The notes: generated by a model from the letters alone, not told the origin. A stretch of DNA of 64,000 bases from an uncultured Acidobacteriota bacterium (GCA_963696705.1 CAVOLD010000012.1:128079-192078), one strand, 5' to 3'. Positions 47,810 through 57,083 are shown, counted from the stretch's first letter. Made by a program: numbers and translations.

Positions 47810-49228
47810 ATGAAGATTTGTTTAGTTGCGACATTTCCTCCTAGCGGCCGGCAGTTGAACGAGTATGCGTTTTATATCGCGCGGGAACTAAAGCGCAATC
47901 CGCGCATCAGCCTGACCATTCTTGCCGACGAACTCACCGATTACGAGTTCGCCACCGACCAGAACGGAAACTCGCTCAAGGCCCACGAACAGCAGGAACT
48001 GCCTGGTTTCGACGTGATCCGCTGCTGGAAGTTCAACAGCCTGGCGACGCCAACCCGATTGTTAAGCGCAATCAATAGAGTGAAGCCCGATGTCGTATGG
48101 TTCAATCTGGTTTTTTCGAGCTTTGCGACTCCGGACTACCCGGTCGCCGCCTTCGCGGGATTGTGCGTCCCAGCCCTTACTCGAGCCCTCGGCTATTACA
48201 CCCATATCACGCTACACCACATCATCGAACACGTCGATTTTGCAAGTGCGGGAGTGCGCCAGGAAAAAATGTTTCGCCTCGGCAGTGACTTGGCCACCAG
48301 AACCTTGCTCAAGGCAAATTCAGTTTCAGTGCTGCTCTCTGGCTATCGGCGCACTCTCATCGAAAAGTACTCCGCTCAAAATGTTTTATTGGGTACGCAT
48401 GGGACATTCGCGCCATGCCCCAGCCCACCTGATTTTTCGCAACGGGGTAATCCCGAGCATCGCATTCTGGCAATTGGGCATTGGGGAACTTACAAGCGGC
48501 TGGAGACGTTGATGGACGCCTTCCCTGCGGTATTGAAGAAAGTCTCGAATGCCAAGCTGATTGTCGCCGGCGCGAATCATCACACCAGACCGGGATATTG
48601 GGAGTCGATTCGCGATTCGCAGAGCGTGGGCTCGCGGGTTGAGTTTCGCGGATATGTTCCCGAAGAAGATATTCCGGCCTTATTCCGCGCGGCGAGTGTG
48701 GTGGTGATGCCCTACGACTCGGCGACCGGATCGAGTGGTCCAGCGCACCAGGCGTGTGAGTACGGAGTTCCAATCGTCTGCGCCGATCTCGCCGATTTTC
48801 GTGACATGGCAGCGGATGAAGACATGGCGGTTAATTTCTATAAGCTCGGGGACGCGGCGGATCTCGCAGACCAACTGGTTTCGATCCTTCAGTCACCAGA
48901 GCAGCAGTGTCGAATGGCCGAGCAGAATTTCTCCGCAGCGATCCAGATGACGCTGCCCAGCGTGGTCCGCAATTACTTACGGTGGTTCGAACTCAACCGC
49001 TGCAAGAAAGAAGTTGGGTCTTTACCATTGTTTCCACATGAACGTTCTTTTTGGGAGCGTCTTGGGTTTCCTGGTCTGGGAGCTTTCTTCGCCGGATCGT
49101 TTCGCTCCGAGATCTTGTCTGAAAGCGGAAGCGGTAAGAATAACGATTCCGATCACCTGGGAAGCAGCCCGCAATCTGTCGAACTGGGGAATCCTGGTGG
49201 GTGGCAAAGATCGGAAACCGGCGACTGA
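47810..49228 (+). CDS. GT4-family glycosyltransferase
   Basis: MKICLVATFPPSGRQLNEY...; C-half ...VEFRGYVPEEDIPALFRAASVVVMPY....GSSGPAHQACEYGVPIVC (GT-B/GT4 E-x7-E region). 12-nt gap after the TPR-barrel gene. Confidence 0.8.
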   Translation: MKICLVATFPPSGRQLNEYAFYIARELKRNPRISLTILADELTDYEFATDQNGNSLKAHEQQELPGFDVIRCWKFNSLATPTRLLSAINRVKPDVVWFNLVFSSFATPDYPVAAFAGLCVPALTRALGYYTHITLHHIIEHVDFASAGVRQEKMFRLGSDLATRTLLKANSVSVLLSGYRRTLIEKYSAQNVLLGTHGTFAPCPSPPDFSQRGNPEHRILAIGHWGTYKRLETLMDAFPAVLKKVSNAKLIVAGANHHTRPGYWESIRDSQSVGSRVEFRGYVPEEDIPALFRAASVVVMPYDSATGSSGPAHQACEYGVPIVCADLADFRDMAADEDMAVNFYKLGDAADLADQLVSILQSPEQQCRMAEQNFSAAIQMTLPSVVRNYLRWFELNRCKKEVGSLPLFPHERSFWERLGFPGLGAFFAGSFRSEILSESGSGKNNDSDHLGSSPQSVELGNPGGWQRSETGD

Positions 49229-49503
49229 TTGACGCTGTAAAGCGGTCTCGTAACTCAGGTTCATGCCGCCGTCAATTTATCAGTACAAGAAAAACTGTAG
49301 CCACATACAGGAAAACCGCTCGGGTCGTCATACAGGCCGTATATTGAGATCGATGACTCCTGATTCGTCGATCTTCCCACCTTTCACTGTTGAAATGCCT
49401 CCTCGCATATCGATGAAATCCCGTCCGCGCCTACAGGCTCATTGATCTAAACCGATAATCCCAGTCGCATCAAATTATTCGAGAACAGTGAGAAAAAGGA
49501 GGG

Positions 49504-50289
49504 TTGCCCTTGGCAAACGGAAACTCGGTTGTTGAAAGGCTGGCACGGCCGAAGGTGACGCCCTTGGCTGCTGGCGCTCGTACGGACGCCGCGGGAAAGG
49601 CAGTGAACAACGTGATTCTGTTGTCGCTGCCAGATGAAGAATACAACTTGCTTCGCCCTCACCTGGAGCCAGCAGAATTGCCGCAATACCAGATCCTGCA
49701 CGAGCCCACTGAGAAGATCGATTTCGCATACTTTCTCAACCAAGGCATGACCTCTCTGGTGGCGCTCAGCGCGGATGGCAGAAGTGTCGAAGTCGGTATC
49801 GTCGGCCGCGAAGGGATGGTAGGAATGTCCATCGCGGTGGGTCTGCTGCGCGGGACCTTTCGAGCCATCATGCAAATGTCGGGGTCCGGCCTGCGAATCA
49901 GGTCAGAAATCTTCCAACAGGTTTTACTTTGCGCTTCGACCCTGCAGGCAGAAGTCAGTCGCTTCGCCCTGATGCATGGCATGCAGGTCGCTCAACTTGC
50001 AGCTTGCAACCGCCTGCATGACATCGAACAGCGTCTGGCACGCTGGCTGCTCATGTGTCAGGATCGAGTCGATTCTCCCTTGCTGCCTTTGACCCACGAA
50101 TTCCTTGCGCAGATGCTCGGCACCGGGCGTCCCAGTGTCACTCTAGCGGCGGGAGCCCTGGAAAGCGCCGGTGTGATTGAGAATTTGCGCGGCACGGTAA
50201 AGGTACTGAACCGCAAAGGCCTCGAACAGGCCGCCTGTGAATGCTATGGGGTGATTCAGAACTTCAATGGCGGGCTGGGTCTGCGATAG
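49504..50289 (+). CDS. Crp/Fnr-family transcriptional regulator
   Basis: TTG start after AAGGAGGG. cNMP-binding-like N-half. RLARWLLMCQDR....LPLTHEFLAQMLGTGRPSVTLAAGALESAGVI is the HTH. Confidence 0.85.
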   Translation: MPLANGNSVVERLARPKVTPLAAGARTDAAGKAVNNVILLSLPDEEYNLLRPHLEPAELPQYQILHEPTEKIDFAYFLNQGMTSLVALSADGRSVEVGIVGREGMVGMSIAVGLLRGTFRAIMQMSGSGLRIRSEIFQQVLLCASTLQAEVSRFALMHGMQVAQLAACNRLHDIEQRLARWLLMCQDRVDSPLLPLTHEFLAQMLGTGRPSVTLAAGALESAGVIENLRGTVKVLNRKGLEQAACECYGVIQNFNGGLGLR

Positions 50290-50407
50290 CGCATTTGCTG
50301 CACCCCTGCGTTCGGTGCCGAACAGACAAACTTCCACTTCGGCCACTAGCCTACGCCCACCTGTCCAATCATGTTGTAAGGCTTGCGCAAGCTTGCAAGG
50401 GAGCGGT

Positions 50408-51157
50408 GTGGAACGTACGACCGGTCGAAAAGAACGAAAAGCCATACGAACTGATTCCTCAGGCAGACGGGTGCAGAACTCGATTCTGCGGTCCATTCCA
50501 GAAAGCGAATACAATCTGCTTCGAGAATATCTGGAGCCGACGGAGCTGCCGGCGCAGCACATTTTGCACGAGGCCGGCGCGAAGATCGACTTCGCGTATT
50601 TCCTGAACGACGGCATGGCCTCGCTGGTCGTGCTTACCAGCGACGGCCGAAGCGTAGAGGTAGCTATTGTCGGCAAGGAAGGCATAGTGGGCACTCCCTT
50701 AGTAGTCGGATTGAGTCGCGGCCCACACCGGGCAGTTATGCAGATCGTTGGAAGTGGGTTAAGAATCAAATCCTCAGATTTGATGGAAGTTCTAAACTCG
50801 GCGCCGGAGATGCGGCTGATCTGGAACCGCTACGTCCTGGTTCAGGGATTGCAGGTCGCGCAGATCGCGGCCTGCAACCGCCTGCATGACATAGAGCAGC
50901 GGCTGGCACGATGGCTGCTTATGTGCCAGGACCGGATCGGCTCGGAAACGCTTTTAGTGACCCACGAATTCCTGGCCCAGATGTTAGGGACTGGACGCCC
51001 GAGTGTGAGCCTCGCGGCGGGAATTCTGCAAGGCTACGGGCTGATCGAGAATATCCGGGGCACCATCACCATTCTGAATCGCCCCGGCCTGGAAAACGCA
51101 GCCTGCGAGTGCTATTTTGCCATGAAGCACTTCAACGGTGGGTCCGGGTCGCAATAG
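50408..51157 (+). CDS. Crp/Fnr-family transcriptional regulator (tandem paralog)
   Basis: ORF 50267..51157. I prefer GTG 50408 (AAGGGAG upstream), which aligns the N-terminus with the preceding paralog. The HTH RLARWLLMCQDRIGSETLLVTHEFLAQMLGTGRPSVSLAAGILQGYGLI is nearly identical to the neighbour's. Confidence 0.8.
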   Translation: MERTTGRKERKAIRTDSSGRRVQNSILRSIPESEYNLLREYLEPTELPAQHILHEAGAKIDFAYFLNDGMASLVVLTSDGRSVEVAIVGKEGIVGTPLVVGLSRGPHRAVMQIVGSGLRIKSSDLMEVLNSAPEMRLIWNRYVLVQGLQVAQIAACNRLHDIEQRLARWLLMCQDRIGSETLLVTHEFLAQMLGTGRPSVSLAAGILQGYGLIENIRGTITILNRPGLENAACECYFAMKHFNGGSGSQ

Positions 51158-51311
51158 CCGCTGCCCGATTGTCCGATAACGAACAGACATTTTTCCTTAT
51201 TCCAACTTATCTTAGCTGGTATAACGCTGCTGGTAAGAGCAAGCCTTTCCTACAGCAGCGAGTTCACCTAAAACCTGCCATACGCTTGGCTGGAGGCGCG
51301 ATTTGGGGAAC

Positions 51312-51572
51312 GTGGATCAACAAAACGATTGGCGGGTTCACTATCACGCGGCGTTGCTGGAAGCGGATCCGCTGAAAATGCCGGAGCGAATTCAACTGGC
51401 GTACAACGCGGTGCAGAGTCGCTTGAATGCGCACCAGAACATCGAGAGTGCTGAGTATCAGGCGCTGGCGGATGCGTTGGCGAATTTACGAGTGCTGCAG
51501 CGCGAAATTGCATCTACTACGGACACGCCTAAGACGGATAGCGGCGCCTCAAGCAGATTGACACCGCTGTAA
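51312..51572 (+). CDS. small helical protein, family copy 2
   Basis: ORF 51303..51572 (TTG); GTG 51312 is an alternative start. ...WRVHYHAALLEADPLKMPERIQLAYNAVQSRL...AEYQALADALANLRVLQ. Confidence 0.65.
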   Translation: MDQQNDWRVHYHAALLEADPLKMPERIQLAYNAVQSRLNAHQNIESAEYQALADALANLRVLQREIASTTDTPKTDSGASSRLTPL

Positions 51573-51582
51573 GTCGCGCCTA

Positions 51583-53205
51583 TCACTGCGGTGCGGTTGT
51601 CTGCCCTGCTGGCATAGGCGTCCCGTTTGGTACCGAGGGCTGCGTTGGCGCAGTTTGATCGGTCGTGCTCGCGGGCGCGCCCGACGTGGCATTCTGACTT
51701 GGCGCGTTTTGCTGCGCCGCCTCACCGATCGACGAACCTGACACCACCAGCTCCACCCGCCGATTCTGCTGTCGCCCTGACGCCGTATCGTTCGAAGCGA
51801 TGGGCTGGCTTGGTCCGAAGCCTTGGCTGGTTATGGCCGACGAGTTGACTCCCTGGCTGGACAGGTAACTGCGCACCGCATCCGCCCTCTCTTGAGAGAG
51901 ACGCTCGTTAAGTTCCAAGCTTCCGGTGCTGTCCGTATATCCGTCTATCTCGACATGAATATCCGGGTAGGCGATCAGGATTCCCGCCACCTTGGCCAAG
52001 CGTTCGCGAGCTGTCGATTTGAGATCCGATTTTCCCGTATCGAATAGCACATCCGGCATACTCACAATCAATCCTCGCGCAGTGTCTTTCGTCTCCAGCA
52101 CCTGATTCAGTTGCTGCAACATGCGAGCACGCATTTGCGCTTTATCGTTTTCCGCTTGCTGGCGCGCCTGTTCCGACTGCTGAGCCTGTTGTGCAGCCTG
52201 CTGGCGGGCGAGTTCTGCCTGCGCTGCTTGAGCCTGAGATTGCTGCGCCTGAGCCTGAGCTTGAGCAGCGGCGGCTTGTTGCGCCTGGGCGTCCGCTTGA
52301 GCTATTGCCGTCTGATCAGCCGCCGCCTGTCGTTCCTGGTCGCGTTGCGCCTGTTCTTCACGCTGGATCGACATCACCCGCGCCTCTTCCGCGGTCTGCG
52401 AGGCTTCGCGAGCCACCGTCCCAATCGGGCCGCTGCCTTGCTTGCGCCGGTAATAGTCCTCCGCCCGGTTCAGTAGATCCTGCGCTTTTTGCAATTCGGA
52501 AGGTGCATATTGACCAGCGCCTGCATCTTTCGCGATTCGCACCGCATTTCTGGCTTCGAGCAAATCGAGAGGTGTCTTGTTGCTGACTTCGTATACCGGC
52601 GAGTTGATCGGCTGGACCTGCGAGTTGTAGGTATCGCGAGAAATAAGCTCAAACTTCACATTCACGGGCTCAACTCCGCCCTTGGTGTCGTGACGAATCT
52701 CGTTTTGCGCGACGATCAGGTCGCTTGGCTGCGTGACCGCGAAATCGGGTTCCGCGGTTACGACTAGAGCAAATGCCTGCATGTCCACCGTGGTCTGCAG
52801 CGAGCTTTTACCGTCATGCAGCACCAATTCCCCCAGGTTCCGCGGTCGCCCTTCTGGAGAAATTGCCCAAAGCACGTACGTTAGATAGGCCAACCCAAAG
52901 CTGTTTGCGGGGCGCAGGTGATCGAGATTGGCTTCGATTTTCACTCCTGCAGCTTTGCCTTCCACTTTGGCTTCTCCGCGCACGTCGGAAGAAAGATCTG
53001 TGCCTTTCAGATCCACTTTTGTGGAACCTTTGTGGCGATAGTCCACGGCCTGAGTGCTGCGCGACACCACACTCATGCGGTACCCAGAAGATTGATCACC
53101 AGTGATTGAGGCGTTCTGTTGAGAAACTGCCGGCAAAACTAAAGCCCCGAGTGTCAGAAAGAAAACGGAATACTGTCCGAATCTAGTCACATGCACCTCC
53201 ATCAT
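51583..53205 (-). CDS. OmpA-family protein with Q/A-rich coiled-coil linker
   Basis: C-terminus ...FDTGKSDLKSTARERLAKVAGIL..YPD..V.I.GYTDS.GS...N..LS..RA..V..YL...G is an OmpA_C/peptidoglycan-binding domain. Central AQADAQAQQAAAAQAQAQAQQSQAQAAQ tract. Confidence 0.8.
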   Translation of the reverse strand: MMEVHVTRFGQYSVFFLTLGALVLPAVSQQNASITGDQSSGYRMSVVSRSTQAVDYRHKGSTKVDLKGTDLSSDVRGEAKVEGKAAGVKIEANLDHLRPANSFGLAYLTYVLWAISPEGRPRNLGELVLHDGKSSLQTTVDMQAFALVVTAEPDFAVTQPSDLIVAQNEIRHDTKGGVEPVNVKFELISRDTYNSQVQPINSPVYEVSNKTPLDLLEARNAVRIAKDAGAGQYAPSELQKAQDLLNRAEDYYRRKQGSGPIGTVAREASQTAEEARVMSIQREEQAQRDQERQAAADQTAIAQADAQAQQAAAAQAQAQAQQSQAQAAQAELARQQAAQQAQQSEQARQQAENDKAQMRARMLQQLNQVLETKDTARGLIVSMPDVLFDTGKSDLKSTARERLAKVAGILIAYPDIHVEIDGYTDSTGSLELNERLSQERADAVRSYLSSQGVNSSAITSQGFGPSQPIASNDTASGRQQNRRVELVVSGSSIGEAAQQNAPSQNATSGAPASTTDQTAPTQPSVPNGTPMPAGQTTAPQ

Positions 53206-53366
53206 AAAAATCTCGGCCGCTTCCTTCCAAGTACAGGGCTGCGGCCTTCAGTAATTCGAATCAACAGCACACCTACCGCGAGTGCGAGCAGCGAATGGGC
53301 AAAACCAACCGCACCACTCCCGAGCAACCACAGAACCAGCAGGATGGCGAAACTTGTCCAAAGCAT
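53202..53366 (-). CDS. lmo0937-family small membrane protein
   Basis: Start trimmed to MLWTSFAILLVLWLLGSGAVGFAHSLLALAVGVLLIRITEGRS... (54 aa). ATGA overlap with the OmpA-like gene start. Paralog at 63700..63852. Confidence 0.65.
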   Translation of the reverse strand: MLWTSFAILLVLWLLGSGAVGFAHSLLALAVGVLLIRITEGRSPVLGRKRPRFL

Positions 53367-53713
53367 TTCTGTCTCCCGTTTTCGCTCTGCAGCGTATGGC
53401 AAACCAAGAATGACTGAATGTGACGATGTGCCCAATCGGGGAGATACGGTAAGTCCACGAAATAAGTCATGGACAATCGCATAGAAACAGTCGATTGAAG
53501 ACAGCCGAGAAAGCACGGAGAGTGCCAGAAGGATTTCGGCTGGAAAAAATTACACATGCCAGCCTACCTGACCAATCTCTCCTGCGAGCAGGTAAGTATT
53601 GCAAGATCAGCAATTTTCATATCTGTATAACTTAGGCCCACTTCATGCTCGGTTTCAGCATCGTATCAGCGACAAATTAGAGAAGATTCCTTAACGTGGG
53701 GTGGAGCCAGGAG

Positions 53714-54367
53714 ATGAGGACTTTTCGAATCTTGATTGCGGATGACCACGAAGTTGTGCGGCGAGGGATCCGCGCTTTGATCGAAAGCCATCCCGGATGG
53801 GAAGTGTGCGCCGACGCCGTAGATGGCCGTGAAGCGGTAGAACGGGCCAGGGAACTGAAGCCGGATCTGGTTCTGCTCGACATCGGAATGCCGAATCTCA
53901 ACGGGATGGAGGCAGCGCGGCAGATTCTTGCCAATCGTCCGGTGACGTACATCCTCGTCCTAACCATGCACTACTCGGAACAAACCGTGAAGGAAGTCCT
54001 GGCGGTTGGAGCTCGCGGCTTTCTGCTGAAATCGGACGCTGGCCGTGACCTCGTCACGGCTGTCGAAGCGGTGCAGGACAATCGCACATTCTTTACCAGC
54101 AAAGTCACGGAAATCGTGGTGGACGGGTATTTGAACCCCACGCGGAAGGAATCGCTTCCCCTCAAGAATTGTCTCACCCCCCGGGAGCGAGAGGTCATGC
54201 AGCTTTTGGCGGAGGGAAAAACTAGCAAGGAAGTGGCCGCAGCTTTAAACCTCAGTGTTAAAACTGCCGAAACACACCGCACCAACATCATGCGCAAGCT
54301 TGACCTACATTCCATTGCCGACTTGACTCTTTACGCCCTTCGCAACGGAATCGCCCAGGCCTTCTAG
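53714..54367 (+). CDS. NarL/FixJ (LuxR-type) response regulator
   Basis: MRTFRILIADDHEVVRRG...LLDIGMPNLNG... is REC. LTPREREVMQLLAEGKTSKEVAAALNLSVKTAETHRTNIMRKL is the LuxR HTH. Confidence 0.9.
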   Translation: MRTFRILIADDHEVVRRGIRALIESHPGWEVCADAVDGREAVERARELKPDLVLLDIGMPNLNGMEAARQILANRPVTYILVLTMHYSEQTVKEVLAVGARGFLLKSDAGRDLVTAVEAVQDNRTFFTSKVTEIVVDGYLNPTRKESLPLKNCLTPREREVMQLLAEGKTSKEVAAALNLSVKTAETHRTNIMRKLDLHSIADLTLYALRNGIAQAF

Positions 54368-54595
54368 GTCGCTTCTGATCGCTTCTATTGGTCATACGGA
54401 AAAAGGGTTGCTCTTGAAGACGGACGCCGTTCTTTGCTTCGTATGTACCGAATTGGGGAAAAAACTGACTGCCCAATCGGCAACTTTCTTGCGCTGTAAG
54501 GTGTCGAGGGTATTGTCCGGTTGTACGGGAGAGGATAGGCTCCAGGGAGCGTCGGGAAATTTGGGCTTGCGCCACGGCTGGATAGGAGAATTTCG

Positions 54596-54976
54596 TTGGT
54601 TCGTATCCTGGTAGCGGACGACAGTCCGGCCATACGACGCTGCTTACGCCAGTTACTGGATCACCACGGCGATTGGCTCGTCTGTGATGAGGCCAGCAAT
54701 GGAAGGGAAGCAGTCGAGCGTTTCCAAGACGCGAAACCTGACCTGATCGTGATCGATTTCCAGATGCCCGAGATGAACGGCTTGGATGCTGCCCGCCACA
54801 TCGCCAACCTCTCACCAAAAACTCCGATTCTGATGGTGACCATTCATCTCTCCAGACAGCTGAGCGAAGAGGCGCGAAAAGTAGGAATACGGGGCGCCTG
54901 TGCCAAGGGGAACATCAATTGCGTCGTCGATGCGGTAGACGCTCTGCTGCGCCAGGAAACCTACTTCCCGAACTGA
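54596..54976 (+). CDS. single-domain (CheY-like) response regulator
   Basis: TTG start after GGAG. VRILVADDSPAIRR...DLIVIDFQMPEMNG. 126 aa, no output domain. Confidence 0.8.
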   Translation: MVRILVADDSPAIRRCLRQLLDHHGDWLVCDEASNGREAVERFQDAKPDLIVIDFQMPEMNGLDAARHIANLSPKTPILMVTIHLSRQLSEEARKVGIRGACAKGNINCVVDAVDALLRQETYFPN

Positions 54977-54979
54977 ACT

Positions 54980-56368
54980 TCAATCCGCAGCCGTGGCATC
55001 AATGGCTTTGGCATCGCCATCGCCATCTTTGGCGGCTGGCGAAAGCGGCATAGTCGCCGAGATCAAGGTGCCGTGCCCGGAACGAATGTCTAGTTGGCCG
55101 CCAAGTTCGCGCAGGCGTTCTCGCATTCCCGCCAGGCCCACGCCCGAGTTCGTTCCCTTATCCTGAAAATTCTTTAGCAATCCGTGCGGGATGCCCGTCC
55201 CATGATCCCTGACTTCAAGAATAACTCGGTCGGGAAAAAGTTTGAGAGCAACTTCGGCCTTTGTACTGCCCGAGTGGCGATGAATGTTGGTGAGGCTTTC
55301 CTGCAGGACACGGAAAAGTCCGAGCTCAATCGACTTCGGCAGACGTCCAACGTCATCGGGAAAAGCCGTTTTCACGTCAATTCCGCTGCGTTGAGCAAAT
55401 CCATCCAGATACCATTTTGCGGCCGATGAGAAGCCGGCCTCGTCCAACAGCGGCGGGTGCAGGAGGTGCGAAATCGTTCGGGTTTCAGCGATCGATTGGT
55501 CCAGAAGGTGCATTGCCTCCGACAAAAGTCTATTGCCGGGCTGGGAATTGCTGAACATGTCCAAGTTCATTTTTACGGCCGCCAAGTACTGCCCCAGGCT
55601 GTCATGGAGCTCGCGGGAGAATCTCCGGCGCTCTTCATCTTGTAACTGCAGCAGGCGACCGGTTAGAGTCCGCAGCGATTTTTCACTTTCACGAACCGAG
55701 TGTTCCGCCTGTTCGCGGGCGTCAAGTTCCGCAGTCAGAAGCTTGTAATGTAGGGAAAAAAGAATGAGGGCCAGAATAAATGTGATCATCAGGACAACCA
55801 CCGCCAGGACGAACAGATGGTTGGAAACTTTTGCGCGGACATCCAGCAGTCTTTGCTCTTCCTCTCTCATTTGCTGCATCGTCGAAGTGATGTCCGCCGC
55901 AATCGGCAGTCCTCGACGGGATATCTCGGCCTGCCCTTGCTCGTCTTGCGGACCAGATTTCTTGAGTTCGATCGATTCTCGAAGAAGGGCCACTCGGCTC
56001 GCGCTAAGCGCTTCCAGACGCGTGCAAAGGTTCTGCTGCTCTGGGTTATCGTTGGTCAGATCCCTCAAATGCTGCAGAGCTTGGCGGATGCGGGGAACTG
56101 CCGCGTCGAACTTGGTCAGGAACTCGGCGCTCCCCGTAACCGCGTAGCCGGTACGAGCACGACCGGCGTCCAGTGCCGTCGAATCCACGTTCCCCAGAGC
56201 AGCTTGAACTTCATGACTATGTACCACCCACTTCTGACTTTCCAGTAGACGCACGATAGTGAGATAGGTTGCGAGACCGCTTAGGAAAAGCAGAACGACA
56301 GCCGATGCGAATGTCACTTGTGCCCTCTTACGCGGTGGCATCATTTGTCGTGACATAGATTCGGCCAA
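54980..56368 (-). CDS. CHASE3-domain sensor histidine kinase (HisKA_3/NarX-type)
   Basis: N-terminal TM plus a CHASE3-like segment (VVHSHEVQAALGNVDS...GYAVTG...F). H-box RRFSRELHDSLGQYL. N-box LQESLTNIHRHSGSTKA. G-box DHGTGIP...GVGLAGMRERL. Confidence 0.85.
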   Translation of the reverse strand: MAESMSRQMMPPRKRAQVTFASAVVLLFLSGLATYLTIVRLLESQKWVVHSHEVQAALGNVDSTALDAGRARTGYAVTGSAEFLTKFDAAVPRIRQALQHLRDLTNDNPEQQNLCTRLEALSASRVALLRESIELKKSGPQDEQGQAEISRRGLPIAADITSTMQQMREEEQRLLDVRAKVSNHLFVLAVVVLMITFILALILFSLHYKLLTAELDAREQAEHSVRESEKSLRTLTGRLLQLQDEERRRFSRELHDSLGQYLAAVKMNLDMFSNSQPGNRLLSEAMHLLDQSIAETRTISHLLHPPLLDEAGFSSAAKWYLDGFAQRSGIDVKTAFPDDVGRLPKSIELGLFRVLQESLTNIHRHSGSTKAEVALKLFPDRVILEVRDHGTGIPHGLLKNFQDKGTNSGVGLAGMRERLRELGGQLDIRSGHGTLISATMPLSPAAKDGDGDAKAIDATAAD

Positions 56369-56414
56369 TTCTTGGATGTTACACTCCGGTGCCTTGGGAG
56401 CCGGACTCCAGCAG

Positions 56415-56627
56415 TTACTTAGCTTTTTTGGGGTCGGCTACCAGTTGCCATAACCTCTTGGGATCCGTTTCAATCGTGGCGTGCCGGCGGAGTTGGAGCC
56501 ACATCGCATCAAGATTCTCGGCCATCACTTGTCTTCTAACCCGCGACGAAACCATTAAGTTGCGGCAGTTTCTCGCTTTCACACCTATGGTTTTGGAATG
56601 CGTGATTTTCAAACACGAGTAATTCAT
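56415..56627 (-). CDS. small hypothetical ORF, ATGA-coupled to family copy 3
   Basis: 70-aa ORF whose ATG overlaps the stop of 56624..56887. It lies 46 nt upstream of the CHASE3 kinase start. No homology recognised and the true start is uncertain. Confidence 0.35.
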   Translation of the reverse strand: MNYSCLKITHSKTIGVKARNCRNLMVSSRVRRQVMAENLDAMWLQLRRHATIETDPKRLWQLVADPKKAK

Positions 56628-56887
56628 GACGTCACTCTACCTTTAGCTAGCTCGACTTCGGGAAGACGAAGATGACCCGCCTGACATTCGCTTTGGGCGA
56701 GGACGCGCAGGGCTCGTAGGGCATCTGCCATTGCTCTCTGCTCTTCGTTGTCTTGGTTGCCAGCTTGTCTCAGCTCTTCGCTCCTTTCACAAATTGCCTT
56801 TTCCGCGTCGTCAACTCGCTGCCGCAATTGTTCGGGCTGAACTTCCAGCAGAGCCGCCCTGTATAACTCTCGCCACGAAAGATTCAT
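56624..56887 (-). CDS. small helical protein, family copy 3
   Basis: Start trimmed to MNLSWRELYRAALLEVQPEQLRQRVDDAEKAICERS...EEQRAMADALRALRVLAQ. It is the first gene of the strand-run leading into the CHASE3 kinase. Confidence 0.7.
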   Translation of the reverse strand: MNLSWRELYRAALLEVQPEQLRQRVDDAEKAICERSEELRQAGNQDNEEQRAMADALRALRVLAQSECQAGHLRLPEVELAKGRVTS

Positions 56888-57083
56888 TGTTATTCCGTCC
56901 TTCACTTGCATTTCGAAGTGAAGCATACCCCGCCCACTAAAAAAGGGTGGAAATAAGACATGCGCAAGAACTAAAGAAACTCCGAAAAACTAAAGAAGCC
57001 CTAACGAACGTCTGTGTCGCTGGAATATCGCGAACGACTTAACGATGACGCTAAAAGTATCCTTGAGAATCCTAAACAAAGAC

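Noticed and set aside
48985-49000. GGTTCGAA-like strings (also near 40550 and 11366) that resemble tRNA T-arms
   Set aside because: No cloverleaf context surrounds them and all lie inside or at the edges of CDS. No tRNA gene could be built around them.
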